The notes: generated by a model not told the origin, from the sequence alone. A stretch of 64,000 nt of DNA from Octopus sinensis (GCF_006345805.1 NC_042998.1:205282001-205346000), one strand, 5' to 3'. Shown: positions 37,677-50,726, counted from the first letter of the stretch. Numbers and translations are program-made.

Positions 37677-38939
37677 GTAAGTGAAACTGATTTTGTATCA
37701 AGTTTGCTCAACCAATACAGAAGAGAAGAGAAGGGAGGAAAGTAAATCATTTAACCTCCACTTTTCCATTCGTTCATGGGTTGGATGAAATATATTGAGA
37801 GGGATTTTCTGTGGCTGGATGCTCTTACTTTGCCAACCCTCACCAGTTTCCAAGCAAGCTTAAAGTTCCCCATGGCTAGACAGGTTTCCCACACAATAAA
37901 ATGATAACGAACCCCACACCATGCGGATGCTTGATTACATTCATCACATGATGTTAAAACAAGGACACACACACACACACACACACATATGTATATATAC
38001 AATGGATTTCATTTATTTTCTGTCTACTGAATTCACTGCCAAGGCTTTGGTTGACCTATGGCTATAACAAAATACTTGTTGAAGGTGCCACATTCTGTGC
38101 TGAACCCAAGACCACATGGTTAGAAAGTAAATATTGTACCACATGGCCATGTCATCGTGTATGTGTTTCTTTGTCTGAACATGATGTGATAGTCACACAC
38201 ATCATTTAATGTCTGTTTTCCATGCTGTCATGGGTTGGACACTTTGACAGGAAGTGGAGAGTTGCACCAGGCTCCCACTGTCTGTTCTGGCATGGTTTCT
38301 ACAACTGGATGACCTTCCTAATGCCAACCACTTTACACAGTGTACTGGGTGCCTTTAACGTGGCACCTGCCAAGATGCTACACATCCATCTTGGAATTTG
38401 CTGCTAGAAACCCAGCAGAAGTGTTAGAATCATCATCATCATCGTTTAACATCCGTTTTCCGTGCTAGCACGGGTTGGACGGTTCAACCGGGGTCTGGGA
38501 AGCCAGGAGGCTGCGCAAGGCTCCAGTCTGATCTGGCAGTGTTTCTACAGCTGGATGCCCTTCCTAACGCCAACCACTCCGTAAATGTAGTTGATGCTTT
38601 TTACGTGCCACCAGCACAGGTGGCAAGGGAGGCTTGCAGTGGCCACGATCGGTTGGTGCTTTTTACATGCCACCGGCACAGAAGCCAGTCATTGCGGCGC
38701 TAGCATCAGCAGAAATTCTGTTTCCTTTCTCAAATTCTTCTCAGGTATATTTTACCATCTTTATCTCCAGGAATGGTAAAATCAATATCACCAATAAACT
38801 CAACATCATTTATACCCTTATATTTCTCTGAGACTCCACTTGTAAAATAAGGTTGTTTTTTTTTAAATGTAATCCATCCAAGTTGTTTACTAAAAAAAAT
38901 TAACTTTAAACTTAGAAATTTTGTCTCCTGAAACAGCAA

Positions 38940-40053
38940 CCATTTAAGACAAATGTCCAAACACCTCTCTGCATTTAAGACAAATGTCCAAACTCCTCTC
39001 TGCATTTAAGACAAATGTCCAAACTCCTCCCTGCATTTAAGACAAATGTCCAAACTCCTCCCTGCATTTAAGACAAATGTCCAAACTCCTCTCTACATTT
39101 AAGACAAATGTCCAAACTCCTCTCTGCATTTAAGACAAATGTCCAAACTCCTCTCTGCATTTAAGACAAATGTCCAAACTCCTCCCTGCATTTAAGACAA
39201 ATGTCCAAACTCCTCTCTACATTTAAGACAAATGTCCAAACTAATCTCTGCATTTAAGACAAATGTCCAAACTCCTCTCTGCATTTAAGACAAATGTCCA
39301 AACTCCTCTCTGCATTTAAGACAAATGTCCAAACTCCTCTCTACATTTAAGACAAATGTCCAAACTCCTCTCTGCATTTAAGACAAATGTCCAAACTCCT
39401 CTCTGCATTTAAGACAAATGTCCAAACTCCTCTCTGCATTTAAGACAAATGTCCAAACTCCTCTCTGCATTTAAGACAAATGTCCAAACTCCTCTCTGCA
39501 TTTAAGACAAATGTCCAAACTCCTCTCTGCATTTAAGACAAATGTCCAACTCCTCCTGCATTTAAGACAAATGTCCAAACTCCTCCCTGCATTTAAGACA
39601 AATGTCCAAACTCCTCTCTACATTTAAGACAAATGTCCAAACTCCTCTCTGCATTTAAGACAAATGTCCAAACTCCTCTCTGCATTTAAGACAAATGTCC
39701 AAACTCCTCTCTGCATTTAAGACAAATGTCCAAACTCCTCCTGCATTTAAGACAAATGTCCAAACTCCTCTCTACATTAAGACAAATGTCCAAATCCTCT
39801 CTGCATTTAAGACAAATGTCCAAACTCCTCTCTGCATTTAAGACAAATGTCCAAACTCCTCTCTGCATTTAAGACAAATGTCCAAACTCCTCTCTGCATT
39901 TAAGACAAATGTCCAAACTCCTCTCTGCATTTAAGACAAATGTCCAAACTCCTCTCTGCATTTAAGACAAATGTCCAAACTCCTCTCTGCATTTAAGACA
40001 AATGTCCAAACTCCTCTCTGCATTTAAGACAAATGTCCAAACTCCTCTCTGCA
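38940..40053. repeat. minisatellite, 31-bp unit, about 36 copies
   Basis: unit gcatttaagacaaatgtccaaactcctctct, head-to-tail with no spacers. Confidence 0.97.
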
Positions 40054-41085
40054 TGGCATTTTTTTTTTTTTTGGTTAATGAAAATTCTTTTATTTGTTTT
40101 GTGATGAATCTCTCTCCTTGATTGAAATGCTACCATTTCATCTCATAAGAATTGGTAATTTGCCTGTAATACCTCACCTGAGCCTTACACTACTGCTGTC
40201 AATTCTGATGCTGTTGAAAACTCTGTGTGTGTGTGTGTGTGGGCATATAAACTTTAGAGGAAGCGATTTTATTAAGAAAGAGACTCAAGTCTGTTGACTT
40301 ACAGTAAAAAGTGTTAAAGAACCTAATGTTTCTGACGTTTGACATTGAAAGAGAGAAACTTTATCGACAACATTGAAAACTTTTTGCTAATGTAAAACAC
40401 TCGACTATTTGCCTCGTCCCCCCCCCCACATTATATTCTCTTCATTTCGTTCATTACAAACGTCTGAATGCAATGTCTGTCCATTTTATAATGGTCTAAC
40501 ACAGTTTTAAAAACTACAGGACTTATTGACTCCAGGAATCATCCAGCAAACTTCACTAATTACTGAGAGCAGCCTCATTCATCATTATTTACTGCATCTG
40601 TTAATATCGATATCCCTATTAGTATTTCCCTCATCCCATTAATTTTTTAATTTTAATTAAACCTGGTGTTTAATGTTTTTTGTAAATATTTGGAGTTACC
40701 TCCCCTGTCTTGTAGAAACTGCTCCAAAAAGTATTTCTGTTTCCTTGACTCGTTATTGTAGCTTTAATTAAGCAGTTACGTCACCACTTTCAGTTTAGCT
40801 CATTAGTTGGACATGAGGCAGTTGCTTCTCTGATCATCTCTAGTGTGAGTGTCTCTAATGGGAAGATGCAAGTATCCAAGAAGCCAGCGTCAGGTTCCAG
40901 TCCGCAATGAGCTGGTATCTACTTCTGACAGTTCCATAAATGAAACACTTGCACAAGATTTGAACTCGTGACCTGTGAATTGCTACTTCAAGTCCTCTTT
41001 GGGTAAAATTTTCGATAAATTGTTGGTGAAAATTTTTGGGTAATATTTTCGGTGAAAATTTTCGAAAAATTGTTGGTGAAAATTT

Positions 41086-41803
41086 TCAGATATATTGGCA
41101 GGATTAGTAGAGTGCCAGACAAAATACTGGATGGGATTTAGCTATAAACCTTCAGGTAGTAGGTTCAAATTGTGTGCAAGTTAACTTTAGACCTTCCTTA
41201 TTCCAATATTATTCTTCTTATATAAGGCAGTGAGCTGGCAGAATTGTTAGCAGCATTTCGTCTGTCTTTACATTTGGAGTTCAAATTCTGCTAAGGTTGA
41301 CTTTGTTTACAGGATTATATGAATAAATAATATTTCCAGTTTAAAAATTAATTCATTTTTGTTTTTTTCTTGTGTCCAGTTTCTGTCGTTAAATCATTTT
41401 GAATTTATTCAAAACCTGACCATAATTGTATCTGTCTCTTTATTTTTCACCAGTCCCGGACGTGTTTGATCCTGTGAAAAGAAGGTTCCAGGGAACAGCA
41501 CCACCACCAACAACAACAACAAACATGCAAATTGTAAAATATTTTAAAGGACTACTTTTAGTTGTGTACATAACTTTTTTCTAATTCTAAATTATTGCCT
41601 TGTAACATTTTGTCTCCCTGTTGTAGAGATTGACATCTTTTACAAAGTCTTCAAGAGATTCTGGCCCCCAAAGACTTCTCAGATGTATTGGCAGAATTAG
41701 TAGAGTGCCAGATAAAATACTGGATGGGATTTGGCTATAAACCTTCAGGTGATAGGTTCAAATTGTGTGCAAGTTAACTTTAGACCTTCCTTATTCCAAC
41801 ATT
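41086..41803 (+). repeat. 125-bp direct duplication (41086-41210 and 41679-41803)
   Basis: about 7 mismatches by manual alignment; derived from a diverged SINE head. Confidence 0.85.
41454..41477 (+). CDS. RPGR: RPGR terminal coding exon with CaaX prenylation box (SRTCLIL*)
   Basis: pyrimidine tract + caccag acceptor, then TCC CGG ACG TGT TTG ATC CTG TGA; phase 0; vertebrate constitutive RPGR ends in CTIL. Confidence 0.88.
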   Translation, partial: SRTCLIL

Positions 41804-43375
41804 GCTAAAATAGACACCAGACAAACAGTGGAGTTGATATAACCAATTGGAACGGCCATGGTGCTGGTGCCACGTAGAAAACATTCAGCCCATTCTGTAA
41901 AGTGGTTGGCATTAGGAAGGACATCTGGCTGTAGAAACCATGACAAAACAGACAATGGGACCTGGTGTGGCTGCTGACCTTACCAGTTCTTGTCAAACTG
42001 TCCAACCCATGCCAGCATGGAAAAAGGGACATTAAATGATGATGATGACAATTGAAGAACTGGAAGCAACAAAAACATCCAACAGCAATTACAGAAAGTT
42101 TGAAAGGAAATAGTGGAATATCAGCATGAAGTGGGGGGGGGGGGGTCCTACCTTCTATCACAGAATAGTGTTAATTAACAATCACAAACGACTATTATTA
42201 TTATTGTAAGGTGATAAGCTGCAAGAATTGTCTGATACATCTGGCAAAATGCTGCAAGAATTGTCTGACACGTCTGGCAAAATGCTGCAAACAGTATTTC
42301 TTCCAGTTCTTAATGTTTGGAGCTTAAATTCCATCAAGGTCAACTTTCCCTTTTATTGTTTTTTTTTTGGGGGGGGGGGGGTCAATAAAATAATGTATCA
42401 AGTCAAATAGTCGGTCCTCCTAAAATTGTTGGCCTTGTATCAAAAACTTTAAACAACCATTGCAGGGATCAGCCAGATCAGAAAAGCATCCAACAAAGGC
42501 AATCTTTATATCCAACTTAATGTGGCTGCTTTGTTAGAATGCTGAATACTGATTTTATTTAACTTGAGAGGATCTCACAGGGACTCATGGTGCCTAAAAA
42601 CACTTGTATTCATCTCATTGGCAGATGAGAATCATCTGCTACGGGTGACAGAACTGCCAGATCATGTGATTTCAACCTACCTGGTCTCATCAGTGGCAGA
42701 TATCTAATAGCTGTATATCAGCCAAATCACACCACCAATGATATACAGAATTTTCATGTCTTTTCAGACTTTGATGTGGAAAATAGCCTGAGGGTTTATT
42801 AAAAAATAATTGATCACAATGTGCTTTTGTGCAGTATCTGTCCAAAGGAGAGATTCTCTCAAGGCAAAATAACACAGTATTACATGTTCTAACACAACAT
42901 CCACATTAAGTTGGATATAAAGATTGCCCTTTGGAATTAATACAGTTTTTGTTGCTAACAATGTTCTGAGTTCAAATTCCACTGAGGCTGATTTTATTTC
43001 TCTGCTAAACACGTGCTGTTTTGTCTGTGTTCTGTCCTTTTGGCATCAGGTCAACGAATGCTGGCCTCTGCTGACTTCCTCCCATAACAATGGAATTCTT
43101 ATATTTTTTTACATCCCCTCCCCCAAAATAGCTGCCCTTCTGCCAAAATTTGAAACCATTATTAATACTGAGCTAGCAGAATTGTTACCACACTGAGCAA
43201 AATGCTTAGCAGCATTTCATCTATATGCACATTCTGAGTTCAAATTCCACTGAGGTTGACTTTGCCTTTCATCCTTTCGTGGTTGATAAATTAAGTACCA
43301 GTGAAACACTGGGGTCAATGTAATCAACTGGCCCCCTCCCCCAAAATTTCAGGCCTAGTGCCTATAACAGAAAGG

Positions 43376-43406
<31 letters not shown>

Positions 43407-43574
43407 TATTATTATTATCTTAATGAGTTAGAACAATCTTTGAAATGTTTCAATCTCTTCCTTTTGTTGTCCTTCAGAGTTCTCCGTCCATTTCTGTCCA
43501 TCACCACTGGATTATATTTGTAAATAGCTGTACACTATATTAACATACAATATCTGTAAAAATGTTAAACAAGA

Positions 43575-43580
43575 AATAAA
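43575..43580 (+). promoter_or_regulatory. candidate RPGR polyadenylation signal
   Basis: AATAAA after an AU-rich, non-repeat UTR-like tract (43500-43575) and before a T-rich tract; other AATAAA sites are possible. Confidence 0.35.
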
Positions 43581-44029
43581 AATGACAATTATTTAACAAT
43601 GCTTTTTAGTGAAATGTAATTTCCTCTGCATCCATCAACATAAAATACGTCTTTGGTAATTACCAAAGACAATCTGATATCACCAAGTTGTTAGGAGGTT
43701 GGCCTTCGAAAGACACGCATCTCTAGCACTTTGCCAACACTTTCAGTTTTTGTTGATATTCAGGTCTTCTACGAACTTCTTGTAGAAGACCTCAATGAGG
43801 AACAGGGACACATCTTGACAATCATAGGATTGGTGTGACATGGTTCTATTTTTATGTTTCATTAATCTAATAAAACGGGGCGGAGGAGTGAGCTGGGTTT
43901 CCCTGCTCCAGGAAAAAATAGCGTGGTTTTGGGAGTTTACACCCTCATCTGTCCTTAAAGCACAACCAACACAAAGAAGATTCCATCAGGCTTCTTGGTT
44001 ATTCTCCAAGTTCAAGAGACACCAATACA

Positions 44030-46290
44030 CAGGGGGTCCAGAAAAACACTCCCTGATTTTAAACAGATATAACATGTAAATCTATTGTAATAATCTTTCA
44101 CAGTTGTTAGCTTCAGATGCAGGATTTCGTTCAGTTTCGTGTGGTGGAGGGTAGCATTAAAGGTACTCAATGAGCACCCGTCTGGTTGCTCGGAAAGCAT
44201 CAGTGTGATGGTCCAGACACTCAGCAGCATATCTGGAGTTACCATGCCAACTGCCTCACTGATCAAAATTTTCAGCTCCACCAGGGTTGCAGGTAGGGGT
44301 TGCACATAAACTGTGCTCTTCATGTACCCACAAAGAAAGAAGTCACAAACAGTTAGATCTGCTGACCTCGCAGGCCATTTGCAGAACACCTGATCATCTT
44401 GTCCAGCACGACCAATCCGTCTGTTTGGCAAGTGCTCAGTGAGAAATCTCCTGACGATGAGATGCCAATGTGGTGGAGCACCATCTTGCTGGAAATGGTA
44501 GCCATCACTTAGTTGTGGAAACATCCAGTTGGTCAGCATCTCCACGTAACTTTGACCAGTAACAGTTCCTCATTAAAAGAAGAAGGCCATACACTGTCCT
44601 CTCTGATACGGCACAAAACATATTAACTCTTAGTGAGTCTCACTCAATTTCCTGGGTAGCATGGGGATATTCAAGCCCTCCATATCCGCACGTTATGCCT
44701 GTTGACTTTGCTGGTCATGTGAAATAACACCTCATCACAGAAGGTTATCATTATCTTCCATTAATTGATGGATATTCTCACAAAATTCAAATTGCATTCC
44801 ATTATCTTTCGAGTGGAGTTTTGGACTAAGTGCAGCTTGTACGAGTGAAACTTTAGGTGTTTGTGTGGGATCTTGCAAACTGTGCCCTTGGGGAGGTGTA
44901 ACTCTCAACTAGCTTTTCATATTGACTTTTTGGGGCTGTGCACAAATTTTCTTCTAACTTGATCAATAACGTCTTCTGAGATTGATGGTCGGCCAGAATG
45001 TCCCTTTCTCTGATCACAGATACACCCTTTCTGACTAAAATCATTGTACCATTTCCGAATGGAATGGGTGTAGGTGGAATTGTATGACATTTGAGTCTGA
45101 AAGCACATTGCATGGCCACAACACTGATCTTGCGAATTCCAGTACACACCAGCTGTGTTGCTGTGGGGTGATGGCCATTTTTAGATTTCCTTGTAATCTT
45201 GTAATTTTCTGGTTAAAGATGTCTAAATCACCCGAAAAAAATTAAATAACTGCTTTTAAAGAATTGGTTCACAACATATTTATCAATATATTTCAACTAG
45301 CAGCATAGCCCGGCGTTGCCCGGGTATGTAAGAGCCCCTAGTAGGCAACGACTAATCCCAATCTAGTCCTTTCCCTCTAGGGAACGAAGGCGCATGTGTA
45401 GGTTGCAATGTCTTCTCTTCACTCGAATACTTCTGTGTATACGATGTTCCTAGCTGTCCCTTTGGGCGAAAACATGAAAACATCATTGCGCCTCCCAACG
45501 CATGAACAGCCCACGTAGAGTTGATCGTGGGCGAAGCACTGTTCGCCCAACTGTAACCCAGCAACTTGTAGCGTTTGGCCTTGGGATTTATTGATGGACA
45601 TTGCGAAGCAGAGTTTAACAGGAAACTGAGAACGCCTGAAGTGGATTGGTAGGTCAGCGCCCGACGGTTGAAGGTGCATGCGTGGAATGAAGATGTCCTC
45701 TCCCTTCCCACAACCGGTAAGTATTGTGGCCGTTATTAAATATGGTGGCAAATGTTTCACAACCAGACGTGTGCCGTTGCACTGTTTAGGTGGAACTAAA
45801 TTCCTGATGAGCATAATGGGTGCACCAACTTTTAACTTCAGGATGTGTGGTGGCAGGCCTGGCGGTTCAAGTGAATTCAGGAATTCAACAGGATAATCGG
45901 CAAGCTCGGCGGGGTCTGCTGTCCTATCAATAGATTTGTAGACGTGGACATCACCAGGAATAGCTTCAAGTAGCTGGATATTGATGGAGTTGAGAGTTAA
46001 AAAGGCCGAGTTGCGTCCCCTAGACAGTCTGTGGTTTATGTTTCTGATTCTCAACCCCCATGTCGAATTTATCGATTTTTTTCAGAACTGGGGGAACTTT
46101 TCAAAATTTTCGCTGCGTTAGTTTTGAATTATGACATTGAGCTATGTGTGTCAAGTTTCATCAGAATCGGTTGAAAGCCGTGGTCAGGGTGAGGGTACAA
46201 CCTGACAGACAAACTGCCATTTATATATAGAGAGATTAGTTTAAATATCATAACCTCGTGAAATCAGAGAGTATTTTTGTGGACACCCTG
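44030..46290 (-). mobile_element. Tc1/mariner DNA transposon (rosa/DD41D-like), degenerate, interrupted by a Helitron
   Basis: about 30-bp TIRs caggg(g/t)gtcca...ctgattt at 44030 and 46290, TA on the right; transposase pieces SIRKWYNDF...HSPKKS and FQQDGAPPH...WPARSADLTVCDFFL. Confidence 0.85.
45297..46235 (-). mobile_element. internally deleted Helitron carrying a PIF1-like helicase C-terminal fragment
   Basis: minus strand A|TC...hairpin cccgggcaacgccggg...CTAG|T; ORF EFLNSLEPPGLPPHILKLKVGAPIMLIRNL...CNGTRL...FAMSINKSQGQTL. Confidence 0.9.
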
Positions 46291-47769
46291 TATATGAATA
46301 AGCTGCTACTTTATTGATTCAGGAAGGGTGAAAAGCAAGGCTGACTGTGAAAGGATTTGAACTTGGAATAATTGGGCTGCCACGTTAACACTAATGGCTC
46401 TGCCAATCTTTCAGCAACTTACCAAATAGTTAGTCTTCATAGTTTTGATTTCTAAAAATGGTAAAACTTTCCTTCAAGTTCCTGTTAAAAAAAATCAACA
46501 CAGAAACGCTCTGAGTATCCTCCAATAATTAACACAGGAACACCATTTAAGTATCTCCACCATTTAACAAATCTTGAAACTGCTGGTGCCATGTGAAAAG
46601 CAGCAAATCCATAAAGTGGTTGGCATTGGGAAGGGCATCCAGGTGTAGAGACGATTTCAAAGCAGATTATTGGAGCCTGGTGCAGCTCTTACCAATCCAT
46701 CCAACCCATGCCAGTATGGAAAACAGACATTAAATGATGATGGTGGTGGTGGTCGTGGTGGTGATTTTGTTGCTGATAAATGGAATAAATGTTTTGCTGC
46801 TAAAATCCTATTTTCAAAGGAGAGATACACACGATACAAATCAATCGGCTCATGTCTAAAGAAAAGATCAATGATTGTTAATGACTTGAGTGTGTTTGAA
46901 ATGATGAAGTCTCTTTGGCTGATGTTGAAATTTCAAAACCCAAGGGAGCTTGTGATGAAGAGTGGACTCAGGGCTGGGCATTTCAATAAATAAAAAAAAA
47001 AGCCAATGGTCTCCAAATGTTTTGTTGTAAATTCTGAAAACAAGAAATGTCTGAGCTAACACACACAAAACAAAGTCGACCAAAAGTTCAGTTTTAAGAA
47101 ATTTTATGGCATTTTGGAGTTAGGACATATGCGCAAAAAATGCTACGTGAACAGTGTCAAAATTTTACTGATCAAAAATCACAAAAAATGATAAAAATAT
47201 AATTTTGAGAAAAAAAAAAATTTTGTCACCCAAGGGAAGAAAAGGGGCTAAAGTCTGGATTTTATTCAAATTCTGTTAATTTTTTTTTTTTGCAACTTTA
47301 GAAACAATATTAAATATTTTTGTTGATGTTTTTAGTTATTCATCCCTAAAATCTGTCAAAATCTACTAAATTTTGATATTGTTTTCCACAAATTTAATTT
47401 TGTGAAAAAAGACAGGGTACCATCCAAAGGCTATTTGATTTTGAAACATCAAGACATATGCTTAATTAATTATCAGATTTCAAAACATTAACCTTTGCCC
47501 TTTTAACAAAAAATTGATTAAATTTTCATATGCTTGTAGCGAACTCTAGTGAACTTCCTCTCTCTATTATATAACAGACATACGAACGTAGCAGGTAACA
47601 GCTAACCTTTGGGCGCTGTTTTGGACCTTGTTGTGTCTACCACTCTGATTGGTTGGTATTGGCGCAATTTGTCCCTTACTCTATCACATGCCAACATGCA
47701 ACCCAACCAATCACAGCCTCCAAGTATTAATGATGGAATACAAAAACCTCACCTCCTCGGAGCTTACGT

Positions 47770-48900
47770 CTTCTGAGGAGGAACTATTGAAGTGTTGAAG
47801 CAGTTGAAGAAAAGAAATTTTGCAGTTGTTGCCAAGAGCCATCGCAACAAAGTCGAACTAACAGAACTGAGTAAATATAAGAACATGCTTTGTAGGGAGG
47901 GGTACGAAGTAAAAGTGTTCTCTCCCTAAGAAATTATGAAAGATACCAAGGAGAAAACTATAATATATAGAACGTACTCCACAAAAACAAAGAAAATTGA
48001 AATAATGTCGACCACACAAGTAGAAAAAGCCTTGAAACGAATCTTGTAAGGAATTTCATCCCTTGCCAGAGGAAGGAAGTTCGGAACAGTGGAGGTGCAC
48101 TTCAGAGAGGTAGGTACTGCCAGGTTACACTTGGGAACCCCTTTAAAAACAGAAGTGGTACTTCTATCCATATACCTTGGGAAGCATGCTTCCAGAGTTA
48201 GGGTAGAAGATATACCACCAGAGATTGATGTAGCCTGGCTAGTAGCTGCCATACTGCTAGGCAATGGAGAGAAGATATTGGTCCTCCAGGCCACAATAAT
48301 AGCTCATAAGAATTGGCAAGGGCAGACCCTGGATATGATTATCCAGGCGTCCCCAGAAGACATTGAAAATATAGTAGAAACTATCACTATAAAAGACGTG
48401 ATAATCAGGGTTAGAGTGGTGGGCAGGACCCCGCGTTGCTACAAGTGTGACCTAAAAGGCCACATTAGAGCGGACTGTCCTCCACCACTCAAAAAGTCCC
48501 AAGAAAGACCCTTGAGCAGGGAAGAAGTCGCACCTCCAGCGCCAACAAAAGAGAATCTAAGTACTATGGAAGAAGAAGCAAATAAAGAAGGGAATGAGTG
48601 GGAAACAGTTGGAAAGAGGAAAAGAGCACATCAGGTGGATGTAGACCCACACCCACCCCTTACAGGCACCAAACCTCCCCCACTCCCCTCCGACACAAAG
48701 AAAACACACACACACAAGAACTCCATAACTTCCCCTCCCTTGGCCTGTGAAAAAGAAAATACGTAGTAATATATGACGATGCAAATACAGAACTCTGCAA
48801 CGAGATAAACACTTGGGAAGATGTGAATAACAGTGAATACGGCAACTTCTACTGGGATAGCATGGCGTTATAATTGTGTGCTGGCAACCCAGGATCAAAT
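47770..48900 (+). mobile_element. Tx1/L1-like ORF1 remnant with a CCHC zinc knuckle
   Basis: ATG at 47936, premature TAA at about 48047, then VRVVGRTPRCYKCDLKGHIRADCP and WETVGKRKR. Confidence 0.65.
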
Positions 48901-50726
48901 GTCTAAAATATTTAAATACAAGGAAGACTGAATACTGGGAGAAAACAATGGACACCAGTCAGGTACCAAATTATGTAAGCTAACTTGATCTCCGAGAGGT
49001 TTACAAAATTGAAATTCTACAGCAAGATGGAGCTGGTTCGAATTAAGGTGCACTGGTTCTAACATATAGCTGTTTGTGAGCTTCTCACCAGGGTTAACAG
49101 CTAACATACAACCCATGCAGCTGCATGTAGATTTGGGAACAAATGTCCATCAGCCATTTCCATTTATCATTCTGCGTATATATATATGTGTATATATATA
49201 TGTGTGGCCACAATAAACGTATTTAAAATAATCCCTTTTGTTCCAAGTATTTCTTTACTGGGGTTCCTACCACAATAACATTACAGCCTTCTGAGCAGAG
49301 TCACATTAGATGGAACAGACCACCTAACCATCTAAATGCTTTCCCCCAGTTTTTACTCATAATTTGCACCACTACTTTCGACGCCAATTATATCAATATC
49401 CTTTTACAAGCTTTTTACTTTTTAAAGTGACAGTGGGGTATGGCAGGCTAAGGGCCAGCAGTAACAACAAAAACAAAATCAGGAAGTAAATTCAATAAGG
49501 ATTCACAAAATAGGGATCATAAATTATTCACATTTTCCAAAACAATCTGGAAAAATTTACTCAGCAACAATAATAATAATCATCAGTCATCATCATCGTT
49601 TAACGTCCGCTTTCCATGCTAGCATGGGTTGGACGATTTGACTGAGGGCTGGCGAACCAGATGGCTGCACCAGGCTCCAATCTTGATTTGGCAGAGTTTC
49701 TACAGCTGAATGCCCTTCCTAACACCAACCACTCCGAGAGTGTAGTGAGTGCTTTTTACGTGCCACCGGCACGGGGGCCAGTTAGGCAGTACTGGCAGTG
49801 ACCTCACTCGAATCTTTCTACACATGCCACCAGCACAGGTGCCCAGTAAGGCGATGCTGGTAACGATCACGCTCAAATGATACCCTTTTACGTGCCACCG
49901 GCACAGAAGCCAGTTGGCTAATAGTGAAAAAAAAGAAAAAAATTCAAAAGTTTGTAAGCCCTGTATAAAGTACTGATGCTGGTGCCATGTAAAAAGTACC
50001 ACTCTGTTGAGTGGTTGGCATTAGGAAGGACATCCAGCCATAGAAACCATGCCAAACCGACAGTTGGCGCCTGGTGCAGCTCTCCGGCTTTGCCAGCTCC
50101 TGTCAAACTGTTCCACCCTTGCCAACATGGAAGATGGACATTAAATGATGCTGATGCTATCAGTTTGGTGGCCACCACTAAAGAAATAACTTTCTTTCTC
50201 TCTGATGAAGGGCACAAGAACCAAACTGAATTTATCAAAGTTTTTAACTCTCAGTTTGTCAAACCGGGACTATAACAACAACAACAACATATTTCTCTAA
50301 GCGATGATAATGTTACATTAATTAATGAGTCTCGTTACCTTATTGCTGTAAGCAGTATAATTAATTAATGAGTTTTGTTAACTTTGCAGAGCTGAGTTCA
50401 ATCCACACTGAACTCCCAATGCCTTTTTTGCTCTAAAATTTGAAGAAAAGATTTGCTGAGAGAGATTTTGGGATTTTAGATTTTACTGAAATCAGCAAAA
50501 TTGCAAGGAGTCTACGAGCAATGATTTATAATTTTAGGATATGGAAAAAGACAAAAAGAGAGAGAGAGAGAGAAAAGACTATCAAATTTCAGCTAAAACA
50601 AAGAACAGTATCAAGCAGACCATCAGACATATATCTAAAAAGGTCAGAGGATAAGAAAGCTTAACTTCCTTACCAAGTTTCAACATGCTTTTATGTGAGG
50701 TGGCAAATATATACGTATGTATGTAT

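Noticed and set aside
38940-40053. CRISPR-like array (31-bp repeat; likewise the 35-bp array at 20287-21210)
   Set aside because: Units are directly adjacent with no unique spacers, there are no cas genes, and the context is a eukaryotic intron.
45419-46054. Host PIF1 helicase gene
   Set aside because: C-terminal fragment only, intronless and enclosed by Helitron termini.
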